DNA from: an uncultured Candidatus Saccharibacteria bacterium
GTDB lineage: Bacteria; Patescibacteriota; Minisyncoccia; Phycocordibacterales; UBA6899
Length of the DNA: 64,000 nt
Assembly: GCA_964469335.1 (NCBI GenBank)
Contig: CAYXYK010000003.1
Coordinates: forward strand, 132,674 to 196,673
Direction of reading: 5' to 3'
Part shown: piece by piece, positions 41,501 to 50,074 of the stretch
Layout of the letters: each line of letters begins with the position of its first letter
Position numbering within the stretch: the first letter of the stretch is position 1
Position numbers and translations under genes: made by a program
Notes under the pieces: model-generated
Database searches by the model: none
What the model was told of the DNA's origin: nothing
The model's input: the letters and a program-made list of their open reading frames with translations, nothing else

Positions 41501-43936
41501 GGAGACGAATTCAAGAATAGTTATGTTGAGCTTTGGCTCGCACGTGAAGGTCAGCCTTCCCAGCAGTTGTTCAATTGGGGTCCATACAATTTGACCGCAG
41601 GCTCGTTAACTGAAAATCAAAAATTTGGAAAGGTGTGGTTGCTTCCGTATCAAACAGGGAAGTCCTCAGCGCAGTCGCACCCCACCGCATACACGTGGTA
41701 CGACGAACTCATCATCTCGCGCAACAAGATCGCTGATCCGACTGTTACAGGCGGCACCCCAACTCCAACCCCTCCACCACCACCCCCTCCTGCACCAACC
41801 CCAACTCCAACTCCCACACCTCCGCCAAGCCTCACCCCCGCACCATCAACAAAGTTCGCACTGAACGATCGCATTCAAATGACCGAGAATGTGAATGTAC
41901 GCGCAACGGCAAACACTGCCGGCACACTCTTGGGTACACAAACAACAGGCACTCTTGGCACCATCATTGGTGGTCCTATCGCACAAGGAGGATACAACTG
42001 GTGGAACGTGAACTTCGATAGTGGAGCCGACGGTTATGCAGCGGAAGACTTTATGTTAAAGTATGTCGTACCCGTTACTCCGCCGACAGCACCTTCCTCA
42101 GGCGCGACAGCGCTCTCAACGCTTGCTGCAGGAATGACCCCCGGCACTTGGGCGCAGCTCACTCCTTCGAATCAGAACTTCGTACTCGGCGTTGGCAACA
42201 TCTCCGGATCGATGATCCACTACATGAACTCTGCCGCCTGGAATCCGATCACGAAGAAGCTCGAGATCATCGGGATGGATCACAATTGGGGAAGCGAGCG
42301 CTACGCGCAGTATGACGCGATGACCAATGCATTCGTACTCGTCTCGAACGACGTCGGTTTCGGAAGCAGTGTCCGTCACGGCTACGACCACAATGCGGTG
42401 AACCCGTACACCGGCGTCGTGTATAACCGACTCTCGAACATCGCTTCCGGGGTTCTTTCTATCCGCTATACCAACTCCGGTTCGGCGAGTTTTGCCTCAA
42501 CTCCCGACATCGCAACCGGCTATGATCAGATCGCCGTAGGCTCCGCATGGTGGTCGGGCTCGTTCACCGGAGCGGGAAGTCAGGGTGCGTTCTTCATCTA
42601 CAATAGCGGTGACTCGAACGGCTCCGCCACGGACGGACATATGGTCGCGTACGACCCGGTGAAGAATTCATGGATATTGAACAAACACGGTGTCTCGCCG
42701 AACTACTCCGTTACTGGCAGCACCTATCACAGTGTGATGGAATACAGCCCAGTGAAGAATGTTGCGGTCTACGGCGGCGGCAACGATGCAACGACGAGAC
42801 TCTGGAAGATGGATTCGACCGGTACGGTCACTGCGATGCCGAATGTCCCGACAGGGAAGGGCGTCGGCATTCAGCAAGGCAATCTTGTGAATGATCCGGT
42901 CACCGGCAACTTCCTGCTGCTCTCGGCGGGGGAGCTCTGGCAGCTCAACCCCGACGGCGCGGGCACTTGGACGAAGCTTGCGAATCCTCCCTCGGGAGTC
43001 GGAATTCCCGGACCTTCAGTCACCGACGGCGTCATCTCTTCCGCGATATCGGAATACGGAGTCATCGTCTACGTGAAACAGACTTCTTCGACCGGTGGAA
43101 CGTTCTATCTCTACAAACCCGCAAGCGGAGGCACTGTCACCCCGTCACCAACTCCTTCTCCAACCCCGACTCCCACTCCGACTCCGTCCCCATCACCAAC
43201 TCCAACCCCCGCACCCTCCACCAAATTCACACTGAGCACACGCATCCAAGTCTCCTCAGGACCTCTCAACGTCCGCAGTACGGCCAATACCTCGGGCACC
43301 CTCCTTGGTACACAAGCCACCAATGCACTCGGTACCATCTCGGGAGGACCCACCGCACAAGGAGGATATAGCTGGTGGAATGTGAACTTCGATAGTGGTG
43401 TCGACGGCTACGTGGCAGAAGACTTCCTGGTGACATACACTGCACCGACACCTGCACCAGTTACACCTCCAACTCCCGCACCAGTCTCCCCACCCGCAGC
43501 AACACCACCAACGCCAACTCCTCCCGCATCCGGCGGAGGCGGCGGGGGAGGTGGCAGTACGCCAACCCCACCACCCACTCCTCCTTCCTCTGGAGGTGGG
43601 GGAGTCGGATCATACGGAGGCGGCGGCAGTGTCTATACTCCTCCTGCTCCCGTCACTCCGGTCGCTACTTCCACCAAAGCAACCACCACTCCGAAGCTCA
43701 CCCTCACCAAGAACCTCTACCGCGGTCTCAAACACGCAGAGGTACTCAAGCTTCAGAACTTCCTCATCACACTCGGCTACCTTGCCAAAGACTCTGCCAC
43801 CGGGTACTACGGACCACTCACGCAGAAGGCAGTACAAACGTACCAGTGTGCAAGCCTGAAGCTGTGTTCCGGTACTCCTCAATCGAACGGCTATGGCAAT
43901 GTCGGACCCAAGACCAGGAAGCAGATGGCTGGGTAG
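38561..43936 (+). CDS. giant secreted modular cell-surface protein (1791 aa from Met 38561)
   Basis: Signal peptide MRSSRLFVLLLLSIMPLLASTPFVFA. Modules in order: a Cys-containing small module, beta-propeller-like domain A (about 39370-40390), Pro/Thr linkers, SH3b-like module 1 (about 40514-40740), ConA-like lectin/lyase-like domain (about 40800-41740), SH3b 2 (about 41845-42064), duplicate domain A' (about 42101-43120), SH3b 3 (about 43213-43440), poly-Gly/PT region, and a C-terminal PG_binding_1-like domain. Confidence 0.7.
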   Translation: MRSSRLFVLLLLSIMPLLASTPFVFAQSETVTMGETALVSDDDSGNGGLLLAQQATLAQSGTLQSLSFYVAGASGKLRLGVYDATGPGGGPGAKLAEAAEITPVVGWNTAPVVTPVALAAGTYWLAYAPESSSLHFRLVQGVGTLRYYTKAYGVMPTTFSTSPTSYSGHWSFYATLATSGTPTPPPAPTPVNGSCGTANNVSVTSIPTSNLCSVGTASSVSGTGPWSWTCAGTNGGTTASCVAPLTVVTPPAPTPTPSPSPSPAPTPAPSGSNPLSTLAASMTPGTWAQLPVSNQNSVLGVGSVSGSMIHFVNSMPWNPINKQIEIIGQDHGYPGMRHVRYDSIANQFVLVADNAGIPNSGHGYDHMSVNPNTGDLYVRLYGAFSGVISSVKKTYGTSNFVSIPDVPASAQVAIGTVWWSGPFIGGGSQGSFMVFNSGNADIYNAGGLASDGQIVAYNPLTNSWFYNQTGRSPFYSNGGSYTYHSIMEYSPIKNVAVYGGGNEANNKLWRMDSTGAVQAMPNVPTGTAVGIQQGNLVNDPVTGNFLLLSGGQLWELNPDGAGTWTKKTSPPSGVGDPKAPAGVVSSSITDYGVVAYISQTSGTGGTFFLYKPATSGGTPTPTPPPPPPPAPTPTPTPTPTPPPPPPPSPTPAPSTKFTIGARVQVSSGPLNVRSTANTVGALLGTQQTGALGTVTSGPTAQGGYNWWNVNFDSGVDGWSVEDFMVTYVPPPTPPPAQTPSPTPPVSSADFTTRCSAAGVVKCVGFDSASDFNTGTGGTNGAYGQNYGIFPPSGTSDYTRATQDTALKASGNGSLKFTIPSNSGSDTSGSWFTNFSSDLNTQFDGGEEFYVQWRQRFSPEYLTTSYAGSGGWKQVIIGTGDKPGQPYSSCSSLELPVQNTYLRGFPVMYNSCSGSTSHGPYNPFEEPFGNYDFKLQNARPAPYCLYSQSSTGYFPPNGNCFGYVANEWMTFQVHVKLGARIGDEFKNSYVELWLAREGQPSQQLFNWGPYNLTAGSLTENQKFGKVWLLPYQTGKSSAQSHPTAYTWYDELIISRNKIADPTVTGGTPTPTPPPPPPPAPTPTPTPTPPPSLTPAPSTKFALNDRIQMTENVNVRATANTAGTLLGTQTTGTLGTIIGGPIAQGGYNWWNVNFDSGADGYAAEDFMLKYVVPVTPPTAPSSGATALSTLAAGMTPGTWAQLTPSNQNFVLGVGNISGSMIHYMNSAAWNPITKKLEIIGMDHNWGSERYAQYDAMTNAFVLVSNDVGFGSSVRHGYDHNAVNPYTGVVYNRLSNIASGVLSIRYTNSGSASFASTPDIATGYDQIAVGSAWWSGSFTGAGSQGAFFIYNSGDSNGSATDGHMVAYDPVKNSWILNKHGVSPNYSVTGSTYHSVMEYSPVKNVAVYGGGNDATTRLWKMDSTGTVTAMPNVPTGKGVGIQQGNLVNDPVTGNFLLLSAGELWQLNPDGAGTWTKLANPPSGVGIPGPSVTDGVISSAISEYGVIVYVKQTSSTGGTFYLYKPASGGTVTPSPTPSPTPTPTPTPSPSPTPTPAPSTKFTLSTRIQVSSGPLNVRSTANTSGTLLGTQATNALGTISGGPTAQGGYSWWNVNFDSGVDGYVAEDFLVTYTAPTPAPVTPPTPAPVSPPAATPPTPTPPASGGGGGGGGSTPTPPPTPPSSGGGGVGSYGGGGSVYTPPAPVTPVATSTKATTTPKLTLTKNLYRGLKHAEVLKLQNFLITLGYLAKDSATGYYGPLTQKAVQTYQCASLKLCSGTPQSNGYGNVGPKTRKQMAG

Positions 43937-44032
43937 CTGAATTCGTTGACCAAAACGCCTCAATAGCCCATAATTGGACTTGCAATGGAGCGATCCAGAG
44001 CAGCGCACATTTAACAGGTAGCAAGTAAAGAT

Positions 44033-44359
44033 ATGGCTGAAACATTCAGTGACAAGGAGTTCCTCGAATTCGTGGTGAAGAACCTTGTCGATAAACCGGA
44101 CGCAGTCAAAGTGACTCGTGTGGTAGACGAAATGGGAGTATTACTGACACTCGATATCGATCCTGAAGACATGGGCAAGGTGATCGGACGCATGGGCAAC
44201 ACTGCCAAGGCGGTCCGCACTCTGCTTCGCGTCGTCGGAATGAAGAACAATGCGCGTGTGAACCTGAAGATCAACGAGCCTGAGGGCGGCAAGCGTGCCG
44301 GACAGGTGGCATCGGATTCGTCGGACGTATCTGACATCATCGCCGATCTCAAAGCTTAA
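44033..44359 (+). CDS. KH-domain RNA-binding protein (UPF0109 family)
   Basis: Motif VIGRMGNTAKAVRTLL. Normally lies between rpsP and rimM/trmD. Confidence 0.7.
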   Translation: MAETFSDKEFLEFVVKNLVDKPDAVKVTRVVDEMGVLLTLDIDPEDMGKVIGRMGNTAKAVRTLLRVVGMKNNARVNLKINEPEGGKRAGQVASDSSDVSDIIADLKA

Positions 44360-44552
44360 ATTTCCAAATCGAGCTTCTCGCTCGAGTTTCTCAAAACAGA
44401 CCCAGTCGTCGTACTCCGAGTACGCCTTCCGGGTCTGTTTTGCTATTACTCTCGAGATGTATCTCGATTAGGTATCTTCACAATGAGTCAACTCAAGGAT
44501 TCGCTTTTGATCTAAAATTTCTTCGAGTCTTCAAGTGATGGAATTTGGAAAT
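44360..44552 (+). repeat. composite MITE-like element, family copy R7, with 10-bp terminal inverted repeats ATTTCCAAAT/ATTTGGAAAT
   Basis: Terminal inverted repeats at 44360-44369 and 44543-44552. Nested hairpin: outer AACAGACCC/GGGTCTGTT, inner CGTAC-tccga-GTACG (44395-44441), followed by a T-run. Second hairpin CTCGAGAT/ATCTCGA. Confidence 0.45.
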
Positions 44553-44771
44553 GCCCTGGTGGTGCATTCAAAATATCGCTCCTGGTATATCAACGCAAAC
44601 AGGGAATTTTGAATGAAAGACTCACTTCATGAAGCGTGTTTTTCGCTCGATTCGAAATTGTTGGATCCCTCTGTCCCCACATGGCAAGAAGTTCGTGAAC
44701 TTTCCCAGTAAAAAATTTGCTACACTGAGGAAGTAAAATATTGTTCATAAAGTCTCCATTTCCCAACTTCG

Positions 44772-47492
44772 ATGTTACGATCACTCCGTACAAGGGTCAT
44801 CTTGCTCATAGTCGCTGCTGTCACAGTATGTCTCTTTTTTTTCTTTTTTCTAGAGATTAGCATTAATACGAAGCTGTATAGTGCGCAGATGGAAAAAGAA
44901 ATTCTCGTGTCAGTGAAAATGAGCATAGAGAAAGTGGACCACTACACTCATGTAATGGAACAAAAATCGACCGACCTTGCGCGTACGGGTGAATTTTTCT
45001 ACACACTTCGCAAAGATTCTCCAAAAAAGAACCTTGATGCTGAGATGGAAAAATATCTTACTGAGAATTTTTCCACGTTCCGCGAAGCGATCGGCGGCGG
45101 AATATGGTACGAACCATATAAATTTTCTGCAGATAAGCAATATTATGGTCCCTATGCATTCTGGAATAAAGAGAAGGTGATATTCACCTGGGACCTCACC
45201 GCGCCGGAATATGATTATCTTACACAAGACTGGTACACCATCGCGCTTCCGCCAGATTGGAGTAGGTCAAAGAAGCGTGCACAAGATCATTATTGGACAG
45301 CACCATATTATGACGAAGCTGGGACATTCCAACTTATGATCACCGTCGATGCTTTTATGTATGACGAAAAAGGGATGATCATCGGAATCACCACAGCAGA
45401 TTGGTCAATAGAAAAAATGGTCAACTTCCTTCGAGAATCGAAAATCACCGAGGATAGTGGGATTTTTCTTGTAGAAGGTGGTTCAAATATGGTCATGACC
45501 AACACACTCGCGCCAGAATCAGTGATGAAAGATGCGAACACCGTTCCGTGGATGAAGCTTCTCGTTTCACCCGAGAAAGGCAACATCAAAGAAACAGCAG
45601 TGAGCATTGGTGGAACGTCATACTATGCGTACTACGCCTTAACAGATGCGGGAATGCTGTATGGCACATTGGTCCCACATCACGTATTGTCTGACCCTGC
45701 GAATAAACTACTCACGATAAGTATCGGTATGAGTATATTTTTTGGAGTACTCCTGATCATTGTTTTGTATTTTATCTTATCAACGGTGACCAATCCCATC
45801 ATTGCGTTAACAAAAGTAGTGACGCGAGTTGCCGGTGGAGATCTCTCCTCACAAATAAAAATATCCTCAGAAGATGAGATCGGCCAACTCGCAACATCAT
45901 TCAACTCTATGACTCAGAAATTGGCCGAAATGTACGCAAATTTAGACGAGAAGGTGAAAGAAAAGACCTCCCAACTCACTCAGCAGATACATGAAACGAA
46001 AATGCACGCTGAGGAGCTCAGGAAATTCCAACTAGCAGTAGAAAATACTTCCCAACATATTATTATAACCGACAGAGATGGCACCGTTCTCTATGCAAAT
46101 CCGGCGGTCGCCTCCACAACCGGATTTGCTCGGGAAGAAGTGATTGGCAACAATCCTTCGTTGTGGGGGAAACAAATGTCTAAAGAGTTTTATGAACAAT
46201 TATGGCATACGATTCTTGTCGAGAAAAAGACATTTACAGGTGAGGTACAAAACAAGCGCAAGAATGGTGAGCACTATATTGCCTTAGCGATTATTTCTCC
46301 GATCGTCGACAATACTGGCGAAGTAAAATTCTTCATCGGAATTGAGACGGATATCACCAGACAGAAAGAGTTTGAAAAAATGCTTGCAGATGAAAAAGAC
46401 CATGTCGACAAACTGGTCATCGAGAGGACAAGAGAGCTCAAGCAAGAACATGCACGCCTACTTTCTTCGATCAACAGTCTCTCATTTGGGTTCATTGTTG
46501 CCGACACGGAAGACCGGATAATCCTCAAGAACAAAGCTATGAGTCAACTTTTCGAGTTTCGTGAGGGTGATGTGCTGAGCATTGAGCGTATTTCTTCACT
46601 GCTTGGTGAACATTTTGATCTGAGAATGAGGGTTGAACAATGCTTCAGAGATAAGGCGGCGTGCGAGATAAAAGAAATTGTTTTTGGTAAGCGTTTCTTG
46701 CGCGGGATTATTGCGCCGGTCATGACCGAAGATAATATGGAGAAACTCGGCTACGTCCTTCTTCTCGAAGATATTACCGAGGCAAAGGTGATGGAGCGCA
46801 GCCGTGACGAATTCTTTGCAGTTGCGTCGCATGAGCTTCGCACGCCGCTTACTGCCATTCGGGGGAATGCAGACATGTTGCTGGACTTGCCCGCTGATCA
46901 AAAAATAGATGCGGACATGAGAGGTATGCTCAGTGATATCAATGCGTCGAGTATCCGACTCATCGAGATAGTTAATGATTTTCTTGAAGTATCACGCCTT
47001 GAGCAGGGAAAATTCAATATGAAGAAAGAGTGTTTCCCCGCAGTACTTGTGGTCGAAAAGGTGGTCAGAGATTTGGGGGAGATGATCGGCAAAAAAGGTA
47101 TCTCACTCCGATTTGCTCCACCAAGCTCGCCACTGCCGGATGTATTAGCGGATAAAGATCGTTTCGAACAGGTGTTGCTCAACTTGGTCGGGAATTCCGC
47201 AAAATTCACAAAAGAAGGCAGTGTGACTATAGAGCTGGAACAACAGGACAAATTCATTAAAGTTCGCGTCACTGACACGGGGATTGGCATATCGCAACAG
47301 AATCAGACCTTACTGTTCCGCAAGTTCCAACAGGCCGGTGAGAGTGTACTCGCAAGGGATATTGCACAGGGCACAGGTCTGGGTTTGTATATATGCAAGA
47401 TTATTGTCAATGCTATGGGTGGAGAGATTGGTATCGAGCGTAGCGAGCTCGATAAAGGGAGCACCTTTTTCTTTACGCTTCCGATATCATAG
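44772..47492 (+). CDS. sensor histidine kinase (TM - double-Cache-like periplasmic domain - TM - HAMP - PAS x2 - HisKA - HATPase_c)
   Basis: HisKA H-box AVASHELRTPLTAIRGNADML and GxGxG HATPase motifs. PAS-like NTSQHIIITDRDGTVLYAN. No response regulator gene nearby. The gene is distinctly lower in GC than its neighbours. Confidence 0.75.
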   Translation: MLRSLRTRVILLIVAAVTVCLFFFFFLEISINTKLYSAQMEKEILVSVKMSIEKVDHYTHVMEQKSTDLARTGEFFYTLRKDSPKKNLDAEMEKYLTENFSTFREAIGGGIWYEPYKFSADKQYYGPYAFWNKEKVIFTWDLTAPEYDYLTQDWYTIALPPDWSRSKKRAQDHYWTAPYYDEAGTFQLMITVDAFMYDEKGMIIGITTADWSIEKMVNFLRESKITEDSGIFLVEGGSNMVMTNTLAPESVMKDANTVPWMKLLVSPEKGNIKETAVSIGGTSYYAYYALTDAGMLYGTLVPHHVLSDPANKLLTISIGMSIFFGVLLIIVLYFILSTVTNPIIALTKVVTRVAGGDLSSQIKISSEDEIGQLATSFNSMTQKLAEMYANLDEKVKEKTSQLTQQIHETKMHAEELRKFQLAVENTSQHIIITDRDGTVLYANPAVASTTGFAREEVIGNNPSLWGKQMSKEFYEQLWHTILVEKKTFTGEVQNKRKNGEHYIALAIISPIVDNTGEVKFFIGIETDITRQKEFEKMLADEKDHVDKLVIERTRELKQEHARLLSSINSLSFGFIVADTEDRIILKNKAMSQLFEFREGDVLSIERISSLLGEHFDLRMRVEQCFRDKAACEIKEIVFGKRFLRGIIAPVMTEDNMEKLGYVLLLEDITEAKVMERSRDEFFAVASHELRTPLTAIRGNADMLLDLPADQKIDADMRGMLSDINASSIRLIEIVNDFLEVSRLEQGKFNMKKECFPAVLVVEKVVRDLGEMIGKKGISLRFAPPSSPLPDVLADKDRFEQVLLNLVGNSAKFTKEGSVTIELEQQDKFIKVRVTDTGIGISQQNQTLLFRKFQQAGESVLARDIAQGTGLGLYICKIIVNAMGGEIGIERSELDKGSTFFFTLPIS

Positions 47493-47556
47493 CTATTCGG
47501 GCTATGGAGCATCGAAATGACATCGGGGAAACGGGCATCGGATTTCATTCAAAGAA

Positions 47557-47586
47557 CCCCCGCTCGAAAGGCGGGTATTCTTTTTG
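47557..47586 (+). terminator. intrinsic terminator
   Basis: Hairpin CCCGC-tcgaaag-GCGGG followed by a T-rich tract. Confidence 0.5.
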
Positions 47587-47587
47587 C

Positions 47588-47615
47588 TTGACCTCAGAAC
47601 GGATGTGAGTATTCT
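47588..47615 (+). promoter_or_regulatory. putative promoter TTGACC-N16-TATTCT
   Basis: Upstream of 47654. AAGGAG lies 6 nt before the ATG. Confidence 0.3.
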
Positions 47616-47653
47616 CAATGCTAGCGTTCTGTTCTATCGAGAAGGAGACACTC

Positions 47654-47941
47654 ATGAAGAATATCACCAACGCCCTGAAGGAATTTTTCGCATACTGCAT
47701 GTGGCCGGCGATACTGCTCTTCGAGATCGGTAACTTCCCACCGCGCTATCGGACCGAAGCGCGCTGGTGCGTGTTCTGGGTCGTCGTCGCCACCGCACTC
47801 CTCTTTGCCCTCGTCTGCTATCTGGATTCGTGGTGGGTCAAGGTCCCGCTCGCGATCGTCTCGATCATCCTCTACTTCGTTGCCGGACTTTTCCTCGCGA
47901 TCGGCCTCATTGCTGCCGTGACACCTGAGGAGGAATATTGA
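47654..47941 (+). CDS. small membrane protein
   Basis: 95 aa with 2-3 TM helices. Confidence 0.5.
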   Translation: MKNITNALKEFFAYCMWPAILLFEIGNFPPRYRTEARWCVFWVVVATALLFALVCYLDSWWVKVPLAIVSIILYFVAGLFLAIGLIAAVTPEEEY

Positions 47942-47946
47942 ATCGA

Positions 47947-47976
47947 CCGCAGCTTCGGCTGCGGTTTCTCTTTTTC
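47947..47976 (+). terminator. intrinsic terminator
   Basis: Hairpin CCGCAGC-ttcg-GCTGCGG followed by a T-rich tract. Confidence 0.5.
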
Positions 47977-47999
47977 ATAAATTACGCTAGTCTGTATGC

Positions 48000-48683
48000 A
48001 TGATCCGTTTTCATGTCGTTTCACTCTTCCCGGAGACCGTCGAGCCCTACGTCACGAGCTCGATTTTGGGGCGTGCGATCGAGGACAAGAAGATGTCCGT
48101 GAAGTATTACAATCCGCGCGATTTCACCCGCGATAAATGGCGCCGCATCGATCGCCGTCCGTATGCGGGCGGACCCGGTATGGTGATCGAAGCCGAACCG
48201 TTCTTGAAGGCGGTCGCAAAAGCGAAAGGAAAAAAAGAGAAGCGGGTGAAGACCGTGTTCTTCGCCACCGACGGGAAACAATTCACCAACACGCTCGCAC
48301 GTAAATGGGCAAAGGACTACGACGATATCATTTTCATCTGCGGTCGCTACGAGGGTATCGATGCACGTGTGCAAAAGATCACGAAGGCAGAGAAGATCTC
48401 GATCGGTCCGGTCGTGTTAACCGGGGGAGAGATCCCCGCGATGCTCGTGATCGATGCAGTCGCGCGTCAGGTGCCCGGCATTCTCGGTTCATTTGAGTCG
48501 GTCGAGGAGGAGCGCACTGCTTCTCCCGACGTCTATACTCGCCCCGAAGTCTTTGTGTGGAAGAAAAAAAAGTATGCTGTGCCCAAGGTGTTACTGGGAG
48601 GAAACCATAAGGAAATTGAACTTTGGAAGAAAAAACAGCTCGACCGCAAGAAGCCGAAACCAAGCGTAGAAACAATCTCCTAA
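48000..48683 (+). CDS. trmD: tRNA (guanine37-N1)-methyltransferase
   Basis: TrmD motifs FHVVSLFPE and GRYEGIDARV. Has a Lys-rich C-terminal tail. Confidence 0.85.
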   Translation: MIRFHVVSLFPETVEPYVTSSILGRAIEDKKMSVKYYNPRDFTRDKWRRIDRRPYAGGPGMVIEAEPFLKAVAKAKGKKEKRVKTVFFATDGKQFTNTLARKWAKDYDDIIFICGRYEGIDARVQKITKAEKISIGPVVLTGGEIPAMLVIDAVARQVPGILGSFESVEEERTASPDVYTRPEVFVWKKKKYAVPKVLLGGNHKEIELWKKKQLDRKKPKPSVETIS

Positions 48684-48685
48684 CT

Positions 48686-49984
48686 ATGTCCGAGGAACTC
48701 CGTCACGAAAATGTCGAAGAGACTCCGGTCGAAGCGGAAGTTGTCGACCCGTACCTTGCGTTCCGCGATGAGCGAATGAGGTCATGGCGTGAGGGTGATG
48801 CGCCTATCGTCGAACGAGCGGAATTCGAGCGCCAGTCGTATCAGAACAGCCTCGAGAATATGCAGCACTTCAGTGAGCAATTCGAAAAGCGCGCAGAGTC
48901 ATTACGAGGTGATATTGATGAGAAAAAATCCGGTCTGCTCTCACGCATCCTCCATTTCAGGCAGATCCGTGACCTCGAGTCCGAGCTTGGTATCACCGAG
49001 CACCAGGCACGTCGCTCGCGAGAGATGGCAGATGAACGTGCACAGCTCATCGCTCAGTATGACCGTATCATCGCCGAAGAGAACGAACTCGGTGCGCTGA
49101 TGGAAGAGGCGCAAAAGGAGAATGAAGCCTGGGACGAGGAGAAACGCCATGACTACCTTGAGAGTGAACGGAGACGTGATCTCACACAGCTCTCTCGCGA
49201 ACACAAGACATTTTTCGTGCATGACATCGTGACTGCGGCATGGAAACCATCCGAGAACAACGAGGCAGTGAATACCAAACAAATGGACTGGGGTGATCAG
49301 TTCGACGTCTTGCTCGGACTGGAGCCGACGATTGCCGCATCGACACTCGATCATGCACATGGAGGGGAACAACGGACCTTTGGTCAACAGAGTTGGGGTG
49401 TGTTTCTTTCGGGGGGACGTGTGCTCGGCGGCAATGTTGTCGATGCGGGCACACGCGCATACGGTCTCTATGATCGCGTGGTGCCGAAAGGGAAGGATGA
49501 CCCCGATGCGATCGAGCACGCGATCACCGGCCGCGGAGAAGGACACAATGAACTTATCATCGAGAAGCCAGAGATCGCCGGAGTGTATGCGAAATGGTTC
49601 CCAGATATCCCGCTTCTCCCGGAAATGTCACTCCAGAACACCAAGTCGGTTGGCTATGACGGATGGTGGAAGAACATGCGAAAGGTGATGGATCGCAATG
49701 TCCCTGTTTTTGTACTTACACAGGACGGCAGGACCAAGATGCTTTACGACATCGACCCCGAATCCCGCACCTTCAAGGTCACTGATGCGGAGTTCGAGCC
49801 CGAGCACCTGAGCGACCTCCCTGGCATCTATAAACAGCATCTTGGGGAAGAGGAGCGAAAGAAAGCGGTCATGCGTGTGTTCGACAAGGTCTCGGGTGCG
49901 CTCACCGAGGACCAGAGGGAACAGTTCGCTCCGGACAGCAGCGAGCATACTCCTGACGATTCGCCATACCGACTCCATCAGTGA
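48686..49984 (+). CDS. hypothetical acidic protein
   Basis: 432 aa. Starts 2 nt after the trmD stop. Confidence 0.5.
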   Translation: MSEELRHENVEETPVEAEVVDPYLAFRDERMRSWREGDAPIVERAEFERQSYQNSLENMQHFSEQFEKRAESLRGDIDEKKSGLLSRILHFRQIRDLESELGITEHQARRSREMADERAQLIAQYDRIIAEENELGALMEEAQKENEAWDEEKRHDYLESERRRDLTQLSREHKTFFVHDIVTAAWKPSENNEAVNTKQMDWGDQFDVLLGLEPTIAASTLDHAHGGEQRTFGQQSWGVFLSGGRVLGGNVVDAGTRAYGLYDRVVPKGKDDPDAIEHAITGRGEGHNELIIEKPEIAGVYAKWFPDIPLLPEMSLQNTKSVGYDGWWKNMRKVMDRNVPVFVLTQDGRTKMLYDIDPESRTFKVTDAEFEPEHLSDLPGIYKQHLGEEERKKAVMRVFDKVSGALTEDQREQFAPDSSEHTPDDSPYRLHQ

Positions 49985-50074
49985 CCACTGTAGCGGTGCA
50001 TTCGCCATTTCTCCGAAACCGCGATATAAATCTCTTAACGACTGACCGTCGTGGTCTTACTGCAACGAACCATC

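Noticed and set aside
40236-43950. Pro/Thr-encoding nucleotide repeats (ccaactcc/acacc tracts) as possible CRISPR or tandem-repeat arrays
   Set aside because: They are in-frame linker-coding segments of the giant surface protein. They have no regular repeat-spacer periodicity.
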